Source: Phallusia mammillata
Lineage: Eukaryota
Assembly (NCBI GenBank): GCA_965637545.1
Contig: OZ281497.1
Span: forward strand, 21,204,001-21,268,000
DNA length: 64,000 bases
Direction: 5' to 3'
Shown piece after piece: positions 11,901 to 24,443 of this stretch (the stretch's first letter is position 1; the number at the start of each line of letters is the position of its first letter). A model generated the notes under the pieces. The model saw only the letters and a list, made by a program, of their open reading frames with translations. It made no database searches and was not told the DNA's origin. The position numbers were made by a program, and so were the translations under genes.

Positions 11901-14900
11901 GTTTAGAATATCTTGCGACGACCAGTCACGAACGCGGCTTGGTTTTGCTAGTAGCTGCTCAAACGCACGGCATTGCGGACTGTTTAATAGCCGTTGCCAA
12001 AGTTTGCATACCATAGTCATGATTGCAAACACAGATTTAATGTTTGATGATCATTTTATGATCCGATGACATGTTGCTTTGTACTTTGCTTATTCTATTC
12101 TACACAACAAACTTGTATAAGCTGATCAAATGTGATTACCGTTCTTAAATTGATTATAATATTAACAATGCCATTTAAGATGTAGAGCTTACCGCAGGAC
12201 ATATTAGGCCGTATGTAGAATTAAGAACAAATATTGATTTCTGGTAATTAACTAATATTGAGCGTACATTGTATCGTGTTTTGGTCTCTAGTCTGGTTGG
12301 ACATTGTACCCTTGGGCAGACTCAAAACAAGTGTTTATAACTGGTCTTGTGTTTTCACACATAGGTGCAAATCCGGCCATGGAATCTTTCTGACAGCGAT
12401 TTTGTGTTGGATGGTTCGCAACCTCTAGACCCGAGGAAAACCATTTTTGTTGGCGGCGTGCCAAGACCACTGAGAGCAAGTAAGACCGGTGGATTGTGGC
12501 TGTTTTGTAGATGTGACTGAACCATGGCCGAATTTCCCCGTTTGCTAAATTATTGATGCTTTGTTTTTTACATATTTTTTCACACTGTAGGAACATTACC
12601 CCATTTAGTTTTTTAGTTGGTATGAAGTAAGCTTCGTATAAAAATTATCATAAAACAGTTACTCAGTTCCATAATTTGCCCTTTGCCTTTTTTGGCAAAA
12701 GGCAGAAAATGTAAGGACCCAGGCATTTGTGGCTGTATGTCATATATACTTTGAAGTGCTTCAAAAAATGTAACTGTAATTGAATGCTTATTTCAAAAAC
12801 TGCCATAGTGTATTTATATTGGCATTAGAACAAAATCAACCCTTTCGATTTTCTGTTTTAAACGTTTAATATATTTTTCTAGTTGAGCTCGCAATGATCA
12901 TGGACCGTTTGTATGGCGGAGTTTGCTATGCTGGAATCGACGTGGACCCGGAGTTGAAATATCCGAAGGGAGCTGGTCGTGTCGCTTTCTCCAACCAGCA
13001 GAGCTACATAGCTGCTATCAGCGCACGGTTTGTGCAGTTACAGCACGGCGACATCGACAAGCGGGTGAGTAAGGATATGGAAATAAGAAACGTGCCACAC
13101 AGAAAGAAAAAACAATAAAAAATAAACATCGATTGCATATTGGTAAATTTCCATGAAATAACGTACAATTAGCTATTGCCTTTCGAAGTCGTTTGTTAAC
13201 CAATAAATTTGCAAATTTTGACGAAGATAGTAATCAGAAACACTAGACACAGACTTGAAATGTAGCTTTACCAAAAACTGTCACAAGTAAGGCCGGGTTC
13301 GTGCTTAAATTAAAAAAAAAACGGACTTAGTTCGGACCTAATTTCACCCTCCACATCAGTTTTACAAACTTTTAGGCCTTAATCAGGTTTGTTTGTTTTT
13401 AAAATCGGGTTAGGGTCCAATTTGCAGGCCGGCATATCACTCTGCGTTGGTAAGCTAATACCTTGTGAATAATTGCTGAAAAAGTCAGAAATAAAATGCA
13501 ACTAACTTTCTAAAAGTTTTGATTTTGAACCGCATCAGTCAGTGGAAAAACGTTAACACCTTAAAATGTGGTATCTTCCTTGAGTGTGAACTAAGACCCG
13601 GAAGTAAAGTGTCGGTACCACACTTCCGGGTGATAATGTGGAAACCTCTCCCACGTATGGTGATGTATATTGGTGCCAACAGCATATCTCAGTTGGCGGG
13701 TGCACTTGCAACTAATAACATGAGCCTATGACGCAAGGCAAAATATGAAACGGAAGCATACGGCGTTACGTAATCAAATTGAAAATATCGAAGTTTATAC
13801 TAGGGCTGTATAGAGGTTAGGAAATTCTTTAATATGTTAGTTATGGCATCGTTAACTGAAACCAACCGGTTACCTGTTTCAAATTCAGCTGCACGTAGAT
13901 AAAATGTAGATGCCTACCTTTTATCTTTTGATTTCCTTCCTTGGAGCTATTAAACACTAAGCTATTTGCCTGACCGGATAAATTTATAAATTGTAACAAA
14001 CATAGAGCAACAGTATGTATTTGTCGAAACTGGACATTTATAATACAAACATATTACCAAATAGCACATTTGTAACCAATTGGGTAAAACGGAACACGCA
14101 TATCCGTTTTATTACACATACTGGTAAAAATATGTGCGTAAGTGTGTTTTTCCGTTAAGCCTGTCTGGTCAAGTTTACGGCTTGGATAGCTTAGGAAAAT
14201 GTGTTTAATCTCTATTTTTCCTCTCAGGTGGAAGTAAAGCCATATGTATTGGATGATCAACATTGTGATGAGTGCCAGGGCGCCAGATGTGGCGGAAAAT
14301 TCGCTCCATTCTTCTGTGCAAATGTAACGTGTCTTCAGGTACGATTTGTTGTACTTTTTTTGGGTTGAACCTTTGTGTTGATAACCGACAAGTTCCCTGC
14401 ACAATGCTAAAAAGGAAGAGTAGGTAATGTAAAAAGGAAGACAAAGGAATAGAAGAAAGTAACAGAGAAGCGAAGAAAAGTAGCAGTGAAAAACAGACTC
14501 TTATGACTATACGTTTCGTAACTGTTCAAATAACTCGTCTTATAAGTGAAAAATGAGGACAGATGTGTTCAGAAAGAATTAGAAAACAGTGAAGAAACTG
14601 ATCAGGAAAAAAAGTTAAAGCCTTTATGGTAAGAACTGTGTTTTGGTATTAGAGAAACTTCTAGAAAGCATGCGTTATTCAACAAAAAATGTATAAGTAC
14701 CAAGATTTGCAAACAAATAGCTAGACAAACATCTACATTCCTTGTAAATGTCCATAATTAATCGTTTGTATAACATTATATCATGTTACAGTATTATTGC
14801 GAAAACTGCTGGGCCACAATTCACTCACGTCCCGGAAAGGAATTTCACAAGCCTTTGGTGAAGGAAGGAGCAGACCGCGCATCAAGATCCATGACTTTCC

Positions 14901-14908
14901 GTTGGTAA
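8967..14908 (+). CDS. CPEB2/3/4: Cytoplasmic polyadenylation element-binding protein, CPEB2/3/4 (Orb2) subfamily; C-terminal RRM1-RRM2-ZZ exons (5' exons not located)
   Basis: GT-AG exons 8967-9125, 9697-9786, 10305-10423, 12365-12479, 12883-13064, 14228-14338, 14792-14908 splice in frame. They give RYSRKVFVGGLPPDIDE..FGPLVVDWPHKAESKSYFPPKGYAFLLFQ..VQIRPW..RKTIFVGGVPRPLRA..YPKGAGRVAFSNQQSYIAAISARFVQLQHGDIDKRVEVKPYVLDDQHCDECQGARCGGKFAPFFCANVTCLQYYCENCWATIHSRPGKEFHKPLVKEG..FRW*, near-identical to vertebrate CPEB2-4. Confidence 0.97.
9178..9338 (+). mobile_element. 161-bp Penelope/retrozyme-type insertion in a CPEB intron
   Basis: Flanked by a perfect 13-bp direct repeat TGGTATTGACTTC (9165-9177 and 9339-9351). 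Contains a T-rich tract, a hammerhead relic and a downstream AATAAA (9318-9323). Confidence 0.65.
9248..9293 (+). ncRNA. Degenerate minimal hammerhead (HHR2), sense to CPEB, probably inactive
   Basis: tagaca CTGAAGA T GCT-tttt-AGC GAAC TTAA T T tgttt. Core 9257-9263, 3-bp stem II, palindromic TTAA loop 3. Deviations are A15.1 to C and U at position 17. Confidence 0.6.
13289..13435. repeat. Degenerate CCCGA/TCGGG-motif MITE-like fragment
   Basis: ggccgggttcg..gttcggacc..atcgggttagggtcc..caggccgg resembles the better-preserved element at 62535-62703. Confidence 0.35.
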
Positions 14909-17520
14909 AACAAGCTTCCCACGAACCACTCCTAATAATAGATCAAACTTTTGAGTTCCACCAATACCTAATGTCCCTGATTTACCTTGATCACTTGAGT
15001 TATTTTTTTGAAACGATAAATCATTCACCGAATCGACATGCGGGCAATCATATGATCAGAATCACGCCGTGATTCTCACACCCGCATGCCTGTGAACTAC
15101 CACCCTCTTTTACTGCTATTTGTCAGCATTCTGCCATATTAACAATATTCTCATCGTTTTGTACACTCTACATCCCTGGTGCATTATCTCTTTGTAGAAC
15201 CCGATTTACCGGCATCCCGCCAAAGCGCGTTACCTCGGGCCCACGCATGCGCACTGACTCGTGACGTCACAATGTGTAGTTTTCTTATTTTTGGTGTTTG
15301 AGGTTTTAAATTTTAGTTTTTTTTATAATTTTGCAAGATTGTGTAGCTCTTTTACAGTGAATTTTTTGTTGCAATCGTTTAAACAGATTCTTAACGCGAG
15401 TTTTCGGTTTGTTGGATTATTGTTATCCAAAATCTGTTCTGCACATGCGCGTGGCTCGAGCGTAATACGGCAGCGGCCTTGCTCTATCATTGTATGAAAA
15501 ACTAAATCTTGCCAATGACCCGTTTTCAAGTTGTACGGATTTGCTTACCGCTTTGCGGTCCCTATAGCAGCGCGATGTATTTTCTTCATTTTTACTTCAT
15601 TCTTTTGTAAGACTCCCCCTTTTTTTTCAAGTGGAAACCAGCGACTTTTTGCTATAAGTATCATCGCACCGTATGCCGGGCAATTTTACGCCAAATTCGT
15701 CTTCTGAACCGACCGAAAAAATGCAGAAGTTTCATATTTCGATACATCTGACTTCACTTGACGTTAACTCACATTCTAGCCTAAAATGCCCATGTTCCAT
15801 CCCCTAATATTGGTGACGTCATATGCTGACGTAAGTTTACACACCTGTTTTTAATACAATTGCGTGTATGACCCTTCAATACTTAGTTGGCCCTAGGTTT
15901 AGACGCATCGAAACGTCTTGTACATAATCCTCTATTCATTTGCGTTCTACTGTGCAAACTTTCAGTTCCACCGCTTTTTCTATTCGACTGGAATTTATAG
16001 ACATTTAGTTTTTTTGAAACGACAAAAAAGCGCACATTTGTCGACAAAAAAAAAAGATTTCTTATGTTCAGTCCTACTGTTATTTTCCTGTTTCGGCCTG
16101 TGCAATGCATTTCCAAGCTCTGCACCCCTCTCTATATTTCTTGCTTGTAACCCATATTCTCTCACAAGTCACTGTGTCAACTCTGAGAGAACGCTGACGA
16201 ATGACGGATACCGGCGCGTTCGGGACAATTTTACTACTTTTTCATCGTTTATTATAACGTAGCGATTATTTTTATACGGTTTCTTTAGAGGAAAAGTTTT
16301 TGTTTTATATCATTTTTGTATCCTGGTGTGTGTATTTTTGTGGAATTCTAGCGCCACCCTGTGTTCAGTTTTTTCTTTAGTTTTTTTCAAGCTTGAGGAA
16401 TTTTCTCCTTGTTTTTGTCCAAGTAGTAATTTTTATTCTTTTGATCGCGTCCTTATTTTTTTGCCGCCGTGGCTATACATAGCATTTTTTAGCTTTTATT
16501 TAACAGAAACAGAAAATGGCTGCGATTTTTGACCCCAGCTGCACGCTCTACTTTGTTACAGCTTTTTTTCACAAAACAAAACCGACCCCAAAAAATTCAA
16601 AATTCATCTTTAATCTAGTACATCGGTATTACCTATAACTTATAAACGGGCGTTGGGTGGTCTTTTTCTCCGCTCGCCCTGGAGTATAGTAGTGTAGGCC
16701 TGGACTTATGCAATGTCTCGTCATCACTTTGGTGTGCCGTGTATCTCTTATATAAGTGTATCTGCGCGTAACTTGTCTGCCGCCTTGCACACAGTAATTA
16801 GTCAGTAGCAGTAGTACAGCTGTATGCCACATCTTATGCATAGTTTTCTACATTTTCTATAACAAACGGGCCGCAACTTTTTCTAACATTTCTACGAACA
16901 CCACCTTCTTTCGATATCATGCAAGACTTCCCATATCGTGTGTCGTCGTCTATATTCATACGTTTATTGCGCGCTAATATTCACAATCTACTGCCCGATC
17001 GCAAAGAGCCATCAAGAGCTAAACAGTGCAATGCGTAGCAGTGTAGGAACGTCCACTTTAAAACGAAATCCGAAAAAATACAAACATATGCTTCTTCCGA
17101 GGGCCTCTGCAATTTGTACCAGCTTTTTTGTCCTTTTCTTTTATACAGCCTCCCATTTGTGACGGGAACCCCCGTATTGCTCTATGTTCCACCTCAAAAT
17201 AGGCCTAGTCCTACCCTTGTTTATAGCGTACGAGTCTCTTTCTCAAATCGTTTACATAGAAATCAGCAATGGTATCCGATTTACGGAAGATCGGTTTGTA
17301 AATAGCTTTTGTGTCCGCGCACCGTCGCTACGCAACCGCTTTTCCATGACAACCGGGCAACCGCCCCTTTCCGTTGTAAAAAAAATCAAATTTTGTTTTT
17401 ATGGATCCTTCAGTTCTTTTCAAAAAACAACCTTACCCACTAGCTGCTACACCAGAATCCCCTACCGGTCGTTCATTGTTCATTTCCTGTGCAATAAATA
17501 GGCTTTTTGTTCTTTTTATT
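14909..17520 (+). other. Putative long CPEB 3' UTR with CPE and Pumilio elements
   Basis: No further coding exons seen after the stop. TTTTAT at 15321, 16270, 16303, 16431, 16494, 17139, 17397, 17514 and TTTTAAT at 15849. TGTANATA at 15919 and 17297. AATAAA at 17493 (another at 18182). The true 3' end is not determinable from sequence. Confidence 0.5.
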
Positions 17521-18644
17521 GCGGCGCGAATCCTTTATTTATTCACAATATATAAATATATATATTTTCGTCGTCTCACTTATGCATTCGTAATTGCTGC
17601 TTTTTTAGCCAGGATGGGAGAAAACCGTAGCTTACCGTGTTTTGCGTTTTACCCCTGGGTGTTTGTCGGGATTTCCGCGACCAATGCATGCATTTGCGCG
17701 GGAAGACTACAAGCGCCCTGGGGTCGTGTTGTGCTTGCGTGTGGCGGCGAATAACTGAAAGTGCACGTGCGTTACTCGGAGTGGAACTTTTCTGTTCGTC
17801 GATTTACGTCCTGAATTTTTTTACGGTGTATGTCATAATCCAGAAACTAACTTTTTTGTCAGCCACCGTTTTGCATGTGCTATACTATCATAACCCATCT
17901 TTTCGTTGTTGACAAATACAATTCGCTTTCGTGTGGTAAAAAGGGGTCTTTGACGCAGAAAGCAATCCTTAGTTTACTACGCGAAGACGCTTTCGGGCTG
18001 ATTGAATTTTTGTTTGTCGTAAATGAATATTTTGAGAAGTTACGAATTGCGGGATTTAAAAAAGGTATCTAATTTGTTTCGCATTTAGGGTTTTGTTGTC
18101 AGTGTAGCATTGATAGTACAGTATGTTATTTCGACTAAAGCCTGATGCCTGGTTTTACTTCATCAATCAATTCAGGTACAAAATAAATTTAACCATCTTC
18201 AAATGGTTGCAAAATGTCTGTACATTACATGTAGTCCGTTTCTGGAGTAAACGGAATGTTTTTGACAACATTGCCGTAGCATCGGCTAGGAGCTAATCTT
18301 GAAAAGGTACTTAAACATGGAAGTAGTTGCAATTATAGTCTTTAAATTTAGTTGAGTTTTCTTGCTTTGATTTTCAGCCTTTGTAGGTAACAGAGACGAG
18401 ACATTCATTACAAACATTTCATTTTGTGGCGACACATTCCGGCCACGCAACATAGAAAGAGAAAACAAACGAGGCGCTTCAACCGTTATTTACAAACCGA
18501 CTGGTGGGGCCACAGAGCAGGTCTGGCGCGGAGGGCGTCTGCAAAAATGTGTAAACGTTTGATAACCATTTGTTCGCGTTGCGATGCTGACTGCAGTTCA
18601 TTATTACGACGTCACGTTCCTCCTCGTGACGTCATCAGCGCTGA

Positions 18645-21600
18645 TCAGGTGTCTTCGGATAATGGGACTGCTTCATTGCCTGAAAATGAAAGCGAGATAG
18701 TTCAAAACAGTTTGTGGTCATGGCAAAATTTATCGTACAACCTATATGTGCAAACTGCAGCCTTTTTGCTTGTAAACTCAAGTAATGCTAATTTCAGCAT
18801 ACAAAAGGTGAAATTGTAATTCAGTGGTTCCCAAATGGGATAGCCTTTAATTTGTACATGTGGTTTGTAAATAGACATTTTAGCTTTGGGAATATAATCT
18901 TGAAAAAGACTAATTTTAAATGATCTTTGTATGGGTTAGCATCTACTATGTAGTCTATTGCAGAGATACGAAATGGTTTTAAATGGTTAAGTGAGGAATT
19001 CGTCGATAAAGGTTGGAAACCTCTTTGATAAATCTACCAATCAAACAATATTAAAATTAGAACCGACTTACCAGTATTCGCCATTTCCTCCGTGGTACCG
19101 TTTTTGCTGGGCGATGCTTGGTCCGATGATGTCATAACTTGTTCGACGTCAGCGCTTTTCAGTGACGTTGAATCGCGCGATGACGAAACATTAGTGTCAA
19201 CGTCATTGCTTTCACCCTGTTCGGTGATCAATTCGCCCGGATTGTTTTTCGTTAAATCGACGCCGTCACCCACACTGTCCTTTGAGGTTATGTCGATTTG
19301 GTCTTCAACCACCACGTCATCATTTCCTTCGCCATCAAAATCTGCCGAGTCACCGTCGATGACGTCATCGTACCCTAAATTATCCTCGTTGCCAACAACG
19401 TCTTCCTCTAATCCCTCTTCAAAATCTCCATCATCTGTGTGTTAAGTAAACAGGCGATAGTGTGTACTACATTTGAACTTAAATGAAAAGAAGTGCGTTG
19501 CAGGATAAAAATAGGTTTAGGTTGCATGAGTCCAAAATTACCTTCATCATCAATAATGAAGAAGTCATCTTTGCTGCTTCCACCTGGAACTTCTTTGCCT
19601 TGACAAAAAGACATGACCATGAGCTATTCTGATAATTATTCAATTAAAAGGCACAACCATGTTGATATACAGGATATTTCACCTTGAACCCTTCTTGTTT
19701 TCCATTCTTCTTCATCTTCATCACTGCTGATATACTCAGGAGCATCATCAGCAATGTACACAGGTCCTTCATCTTGAGTTGTGGATCCCTCATCACTAAA
19801 AGGTATATGTGTATTAGTACTCAAACCGAAATTGCAGAGTCAAAATCAAAGGGAGTTGGCAGTTTGGCGGGTTGAATTTTGAGTTCTCTTTCAGTTAGAT
19901 AGTGCAATGTCAAGTATCCTTATGAATGCAATAAGAATTTACCCTTCAGTAGTGACAGATCAAGAAATAGGCCCAAGTTATGCATTAATGTAACAGTAAA
20001 CACATGAGAATGATTTTGTGTTTTAACCTGGGTGCATTGGAAAGTTGTTGTCGATATTTTTCACTCAACAAACCAGACTTCAAGGAGTCACAGTTGATAT
20101 CCATATTTATTGGAAGTTTGAGCCAGAAATTTTTTATAAGCGCCATTCTAATAATACTAGGAGTTAAAGTTGAGACCTTGAACCACAGGCCTCTGCAAAC
20201 CAGCCCAAGCTTACACTAAGTACATAAACTAATTGGTACCAAGTACCAACCTTTCATCTTCTGATCCACTGTCTACTACCAGTTCCTTCCCTGTGTAGTT
20301 TTGCAGGGGACTGGGCCACAGTTCCTCACGAATAATCTGTAATAAGCAATAGGATACCATAATAACCTCTGCAAAAAAATGATGTAGTCTGTCATACCTC
20401 TGCAATATCATCAGAAGATGCATCTTCCTGTGCACAAAACCAGCTGAAAAAACTTGACGGCTTTTTGGTCAAATTATGTCCTGGCTTCCATTCAATTGCA
20501 GTGCAATAGCAAGATGGGGAATCTGAAAGAAATATACCTTTTTAAGTAACCTTTATCTTGAAGCAAATATCAGGCACATATTTGTTAATTTAAGGTATAT
20601 GATACTGTACTAACCATTCCATGGCATATGATACTCTTTGGTAATGGTGGTATTACTAAACCAGGGGTTTTCTGCAAAGCGGAATTTGATGCTGTAGCCT
20701 GAACGAGTATCTTCGAAATCATCAATCTGCAAAAGTTAGCAAACTTAGTAAAATATAGATAGTGATCAAATGTCCATGTTATATATACCTGTAAATGAGT
20801 GCAATATCTTAAACATCTGATATCTTCTTTGGTCAACACACGTTTCAACTGTGGATGTTGGGTAAACTTTAACAATTTTTAATCTTGAGTTAAGAATAAA
20901 AACATTTTTAAACTAGAAAATTTGAAAAAACATGATCATAATTGCAACTTGTCGAAGTAAAAATGTTAAAAATGGGACAATATAACAAATGAAAGTTATG
21001 GTAACAATAAGGATACAACTGAAGCCCAGAAATGTGGTATCCTCTCAATGTAATTATTTCTGCGAGTGTAAACAGGCTGTCGCAGTTTGTTGTACTTTTG
21101 TTCAACTTTTAAAATTTCATCATTGGCCTTTTGGTTGAGTGAGTCTATGTCAGTTTGGCAATCCTCAATGTATGCAAGGTTTGCTTGAATAAATTCATCC
21201 ATGTCTGTTGATGCTGTGAATATAAACAAATTTAACAATGACATTTAGCCTCATTCATGATTACAATATAGGCCCAATTTAAACGACATACATTCCCCAG
21301 TCTCATCGAATATATTTTCCTCATTTACAGCATCCAAATCCCCATCTTCTTCTTCATCTTCCCCATCAAGCTCTAAATCTAAAATATCATTTTATCAGAT
21401 ATTTTTGTATTTTTAGTGTTTATTGCTTAAAACTTGAAAAATATTTATTTTTAGACAAGTGTTTCTAATTGAGTATGAAAACAACAAGTTAGATTTGAGT
21501 TTCAAGTGACAAAACTTAGTTTTTGAATGAATTAGTGAATAAACACCTGGAAATTTGGAAATATATTTGCTAATATTTTTTCAATGCGTTTTTTTAACAT

Positions 21601-21984
21601 TAATTGTTTTTCAAAGTGACTTTACAACATAAAAGAAAATTAAAAACAGAATTTCACACACTTCAAAAACACTCCCTTGAACTTAAAAACAAGCTTAATT
21701 TTAGAAATGACAAATAGTAAATCAGCAACCTAATAATAGTAATAATCAGCATTTATAACCCTTAACTTTCAAAATATAAACTACTAACCTCCTTCTGGGT
21801 CTTCTTCTTCCTCTTCATCATATTCATCTTCATCTAAAGCTACAACTTCATCACTTTCATCAATTTTTACAGCTTTTGCTGGAACTGCATCAATGCCACT
21901 GTCCTCTTCCGCAGGTCGCAACCTTGAAATCTTTTCCCCATTCACGTTGTCGGCGTCACCACCAGGTCCAGGCGAGTCTGACAT
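18645..21984 (-). CDS. SET/TSPY-like nucleosome assembly protein (NAP family) with long acidic N- and C-terminal tails
   Basis: Minus-strand exons 21789-21984, 21292-21378, 21017-21213, 20789-20866, 20615-20726, 20398-20522, 20251-20336, 19683-19795, 19542-19598, 19072-19434, 18645-18679 with consistent phases. NAP motifs: IDSLNQKANDEILKVEQKYNKLRQPVYTRRNNYIERIPHFWASVFTQHPQL, FAENPWFSNTTITKEY, SFFSWF, DDIAEIIREELWPSPLQNY. Confidence 0.9.
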
Positions 21985-24443
21985 ATTAGTTCTTATTCTT
22001 AATGATTGACTGATCTACAAAATACAACAATACAATCTCTGCAAAAGATTTCTTACTAAACCGTTCTTTCGCACATTGGGGCTCAGTTTAACCACATAAC
22101 TTGACAATAAACCACATGCAAATGTACACAATCGTTTTACTAAGGGCTCTCGTCTGTATATGAGTTATATGAGCAATAAACGATATTACATCAAAAGAAC
22201 TACGCTGTCCCTTCGCACAAAACTTACGCTATCTCGCCATTATTATTTTGTAAAAATACATATTTTGACAACGATTGAAATAAATGCAACCTAATCGATC
22301 GAATTTTAAGCAATGCTTGACCATTCATCCAATAAAAAGGCTAAGGGAGAAAGATAAAGTAAAATTATTACAATTCCGGTTGTGTGCAATTAGTCACGCA
22401 TTAGCTTACAAAGACAAAATTGTGATTTTACCATTGGTGTTTGTTAAATAAAAACTTTCAAACAAGGTGGTCATAAAGTAGTAGAAAATCACAGTAGATT
22501 GTGGTTATTTATTAACTTATTGTATAGGCACAACTTAAAACACGTTTTTTTTGTTTTAAATCTTTCCCGAATGGACCGGTTTCTTATGACGACGTCAATC
22601 ATTGTGAAAATATGTGTGGCGGCAAACGCTGCACAGTTTCAGTTTGCAGAGTCATTTGTCGTTATTTGCTCAAGAAATCTGCATTTCTGCAATGGTATTC
22701 GTTGTGGTTTTATGTTGCTGTTGCTATAGTTCTTTTTGTAACGATTAATTAGTAAGATGGTAACGTTACGAATCCCTACGAGAAAATTGGTTTGATAAGC
22801 CGACATTCAAGTAATGTGAAAAAAAGACATAGTGTATTTTTTGCAGAACACTGGTTTGCTAAAGAACTTCACTGTCGAATATGACAATAGATAGATCAGG
22901 AGATTTCGGTGCGTATGTCTTTATCAAACTATATTAGTTTGTAACAATGAAATGGTGAGATAAAATCGTTGCCAGCAATTCAGGGACATGCGAAACGCCA
23001 CCATTTCATTCCGTGCCCACTCCGAAAACCGTCGGTTGTCAGAAGCTTGCAGAATTTTTATTGAAAGGTTTGTTAAAAAACATACATTTCTCTTTGCGAC
23101 ACGGAATAAAACATTTCAAACTTGGAAATGCGATGGCACTTTTACACTGGCAATGTGGTGACAAGTGTCAACCACCCACAAACCCTGAAAGCCTTGGGTC
23201 GGTAATTGGTGCCGCGAAAAACAATATAACGTAGCCTAAGTTACGGCTGCTGTACACACGGTGCACAATGTGGATGTTATTGGAAACACCTTATTATGGT
23301 TAAGCCTAAATCATTTAAGCGCCTATAAGTTTACCCACCCTGGCCTAAGCAAGCTGTAGCCTATATCTGATATACGAACTAACTCTAAAGCATCCTATAC
23401 TTCACTAATTGCCCACAAAATTAATATTCTGCGACTTGGTCAATCGCTGTTGTCCTTCCTTCGAGGCACAATTTTTATCAGAGCAACGTGATTCAGCCAT
23501 TTATTTCAAATACAACAGAACAAGCAGAATTAAAGCACGATCAACGAGCAGCAAAGGGAATGTTCGAGTTAACGCAGGCAGGACGATACTGAAACATAGT
23601 AATATCCGAATACATTGAAATGTAAAACTGTTGCAGTCATAACATTTTTTTCAGTTAAGTGTACAAAGCAGGTGATATACATCAATATATCTCACTACAC
23701 AATAACAATGTTATTTGCACAAGCGTGTACCTTCACAATAGTCACAACACATACACACACGTATTACAAGTGGCGCACACAATACAACAGTGACCGTATG
23801 TGTTGCAATGTTCTCAAATCCGTTTCTGTGTATAACTGTACGTAGTTACACATTACCTAACACACAAGAAAGTACTTTGATCGCAGAAGTAAAGACAAAA
23901 GGGTAGACTTGTGCACAGCCACCATGCACCTACACACAATATACGAAACAGGCATACGCACACACAATAAGCAGGGCACCAACATGTAAAAACTTGAGTG
24001 TAAATTTGATATATAATGCATGTGGAAGGTGGAAAGGCTAATCATTGGGCCCATTCCTGGTGCATTTTGAGATTTTAATCTGCAGCAAAAGCTTTATAAT
24101 TACACCTTATGATTATTGGCAGCTCATTCAGCTTTGAAAAATCACACAACGATTGCTTGAATTTTTTGTTGGATCCACTAGATCGGACAAAAATACCATT
24201 GGCAAAAAAAAAGCTTCTAATGATTATTATCAACTGGGAAAAAAGCAGTTTGGCTAAATTATGAAAATAAACTAATATGAATAACAACTAGTCAATAAAA
24301 TGAATTTTCTGCATTTTATTAATTTATGAGGTTTTAAGTTGGTGAGCACACTATTGCTCGAAAACACATAACAAGCAGCTGTGTGGGAAAATGCACAGTG
24401 AGCATTTGTAGCACAGAGTTTTACCAGGTTCAAGTACAATTGG

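Noticed and set aside
14400-14700. Purine-rich intronic tract as a LINE remnant
   Set aside because: No open frame or RT/endonuclease motif identifiable.
1-14908. HDV-like CPEB3-type ribozyme in CPEB introns
   Set aside because: No convincing nested double-pseudoknot found by eye; an Infernal or RNAmotif search would be needed to exclude it.
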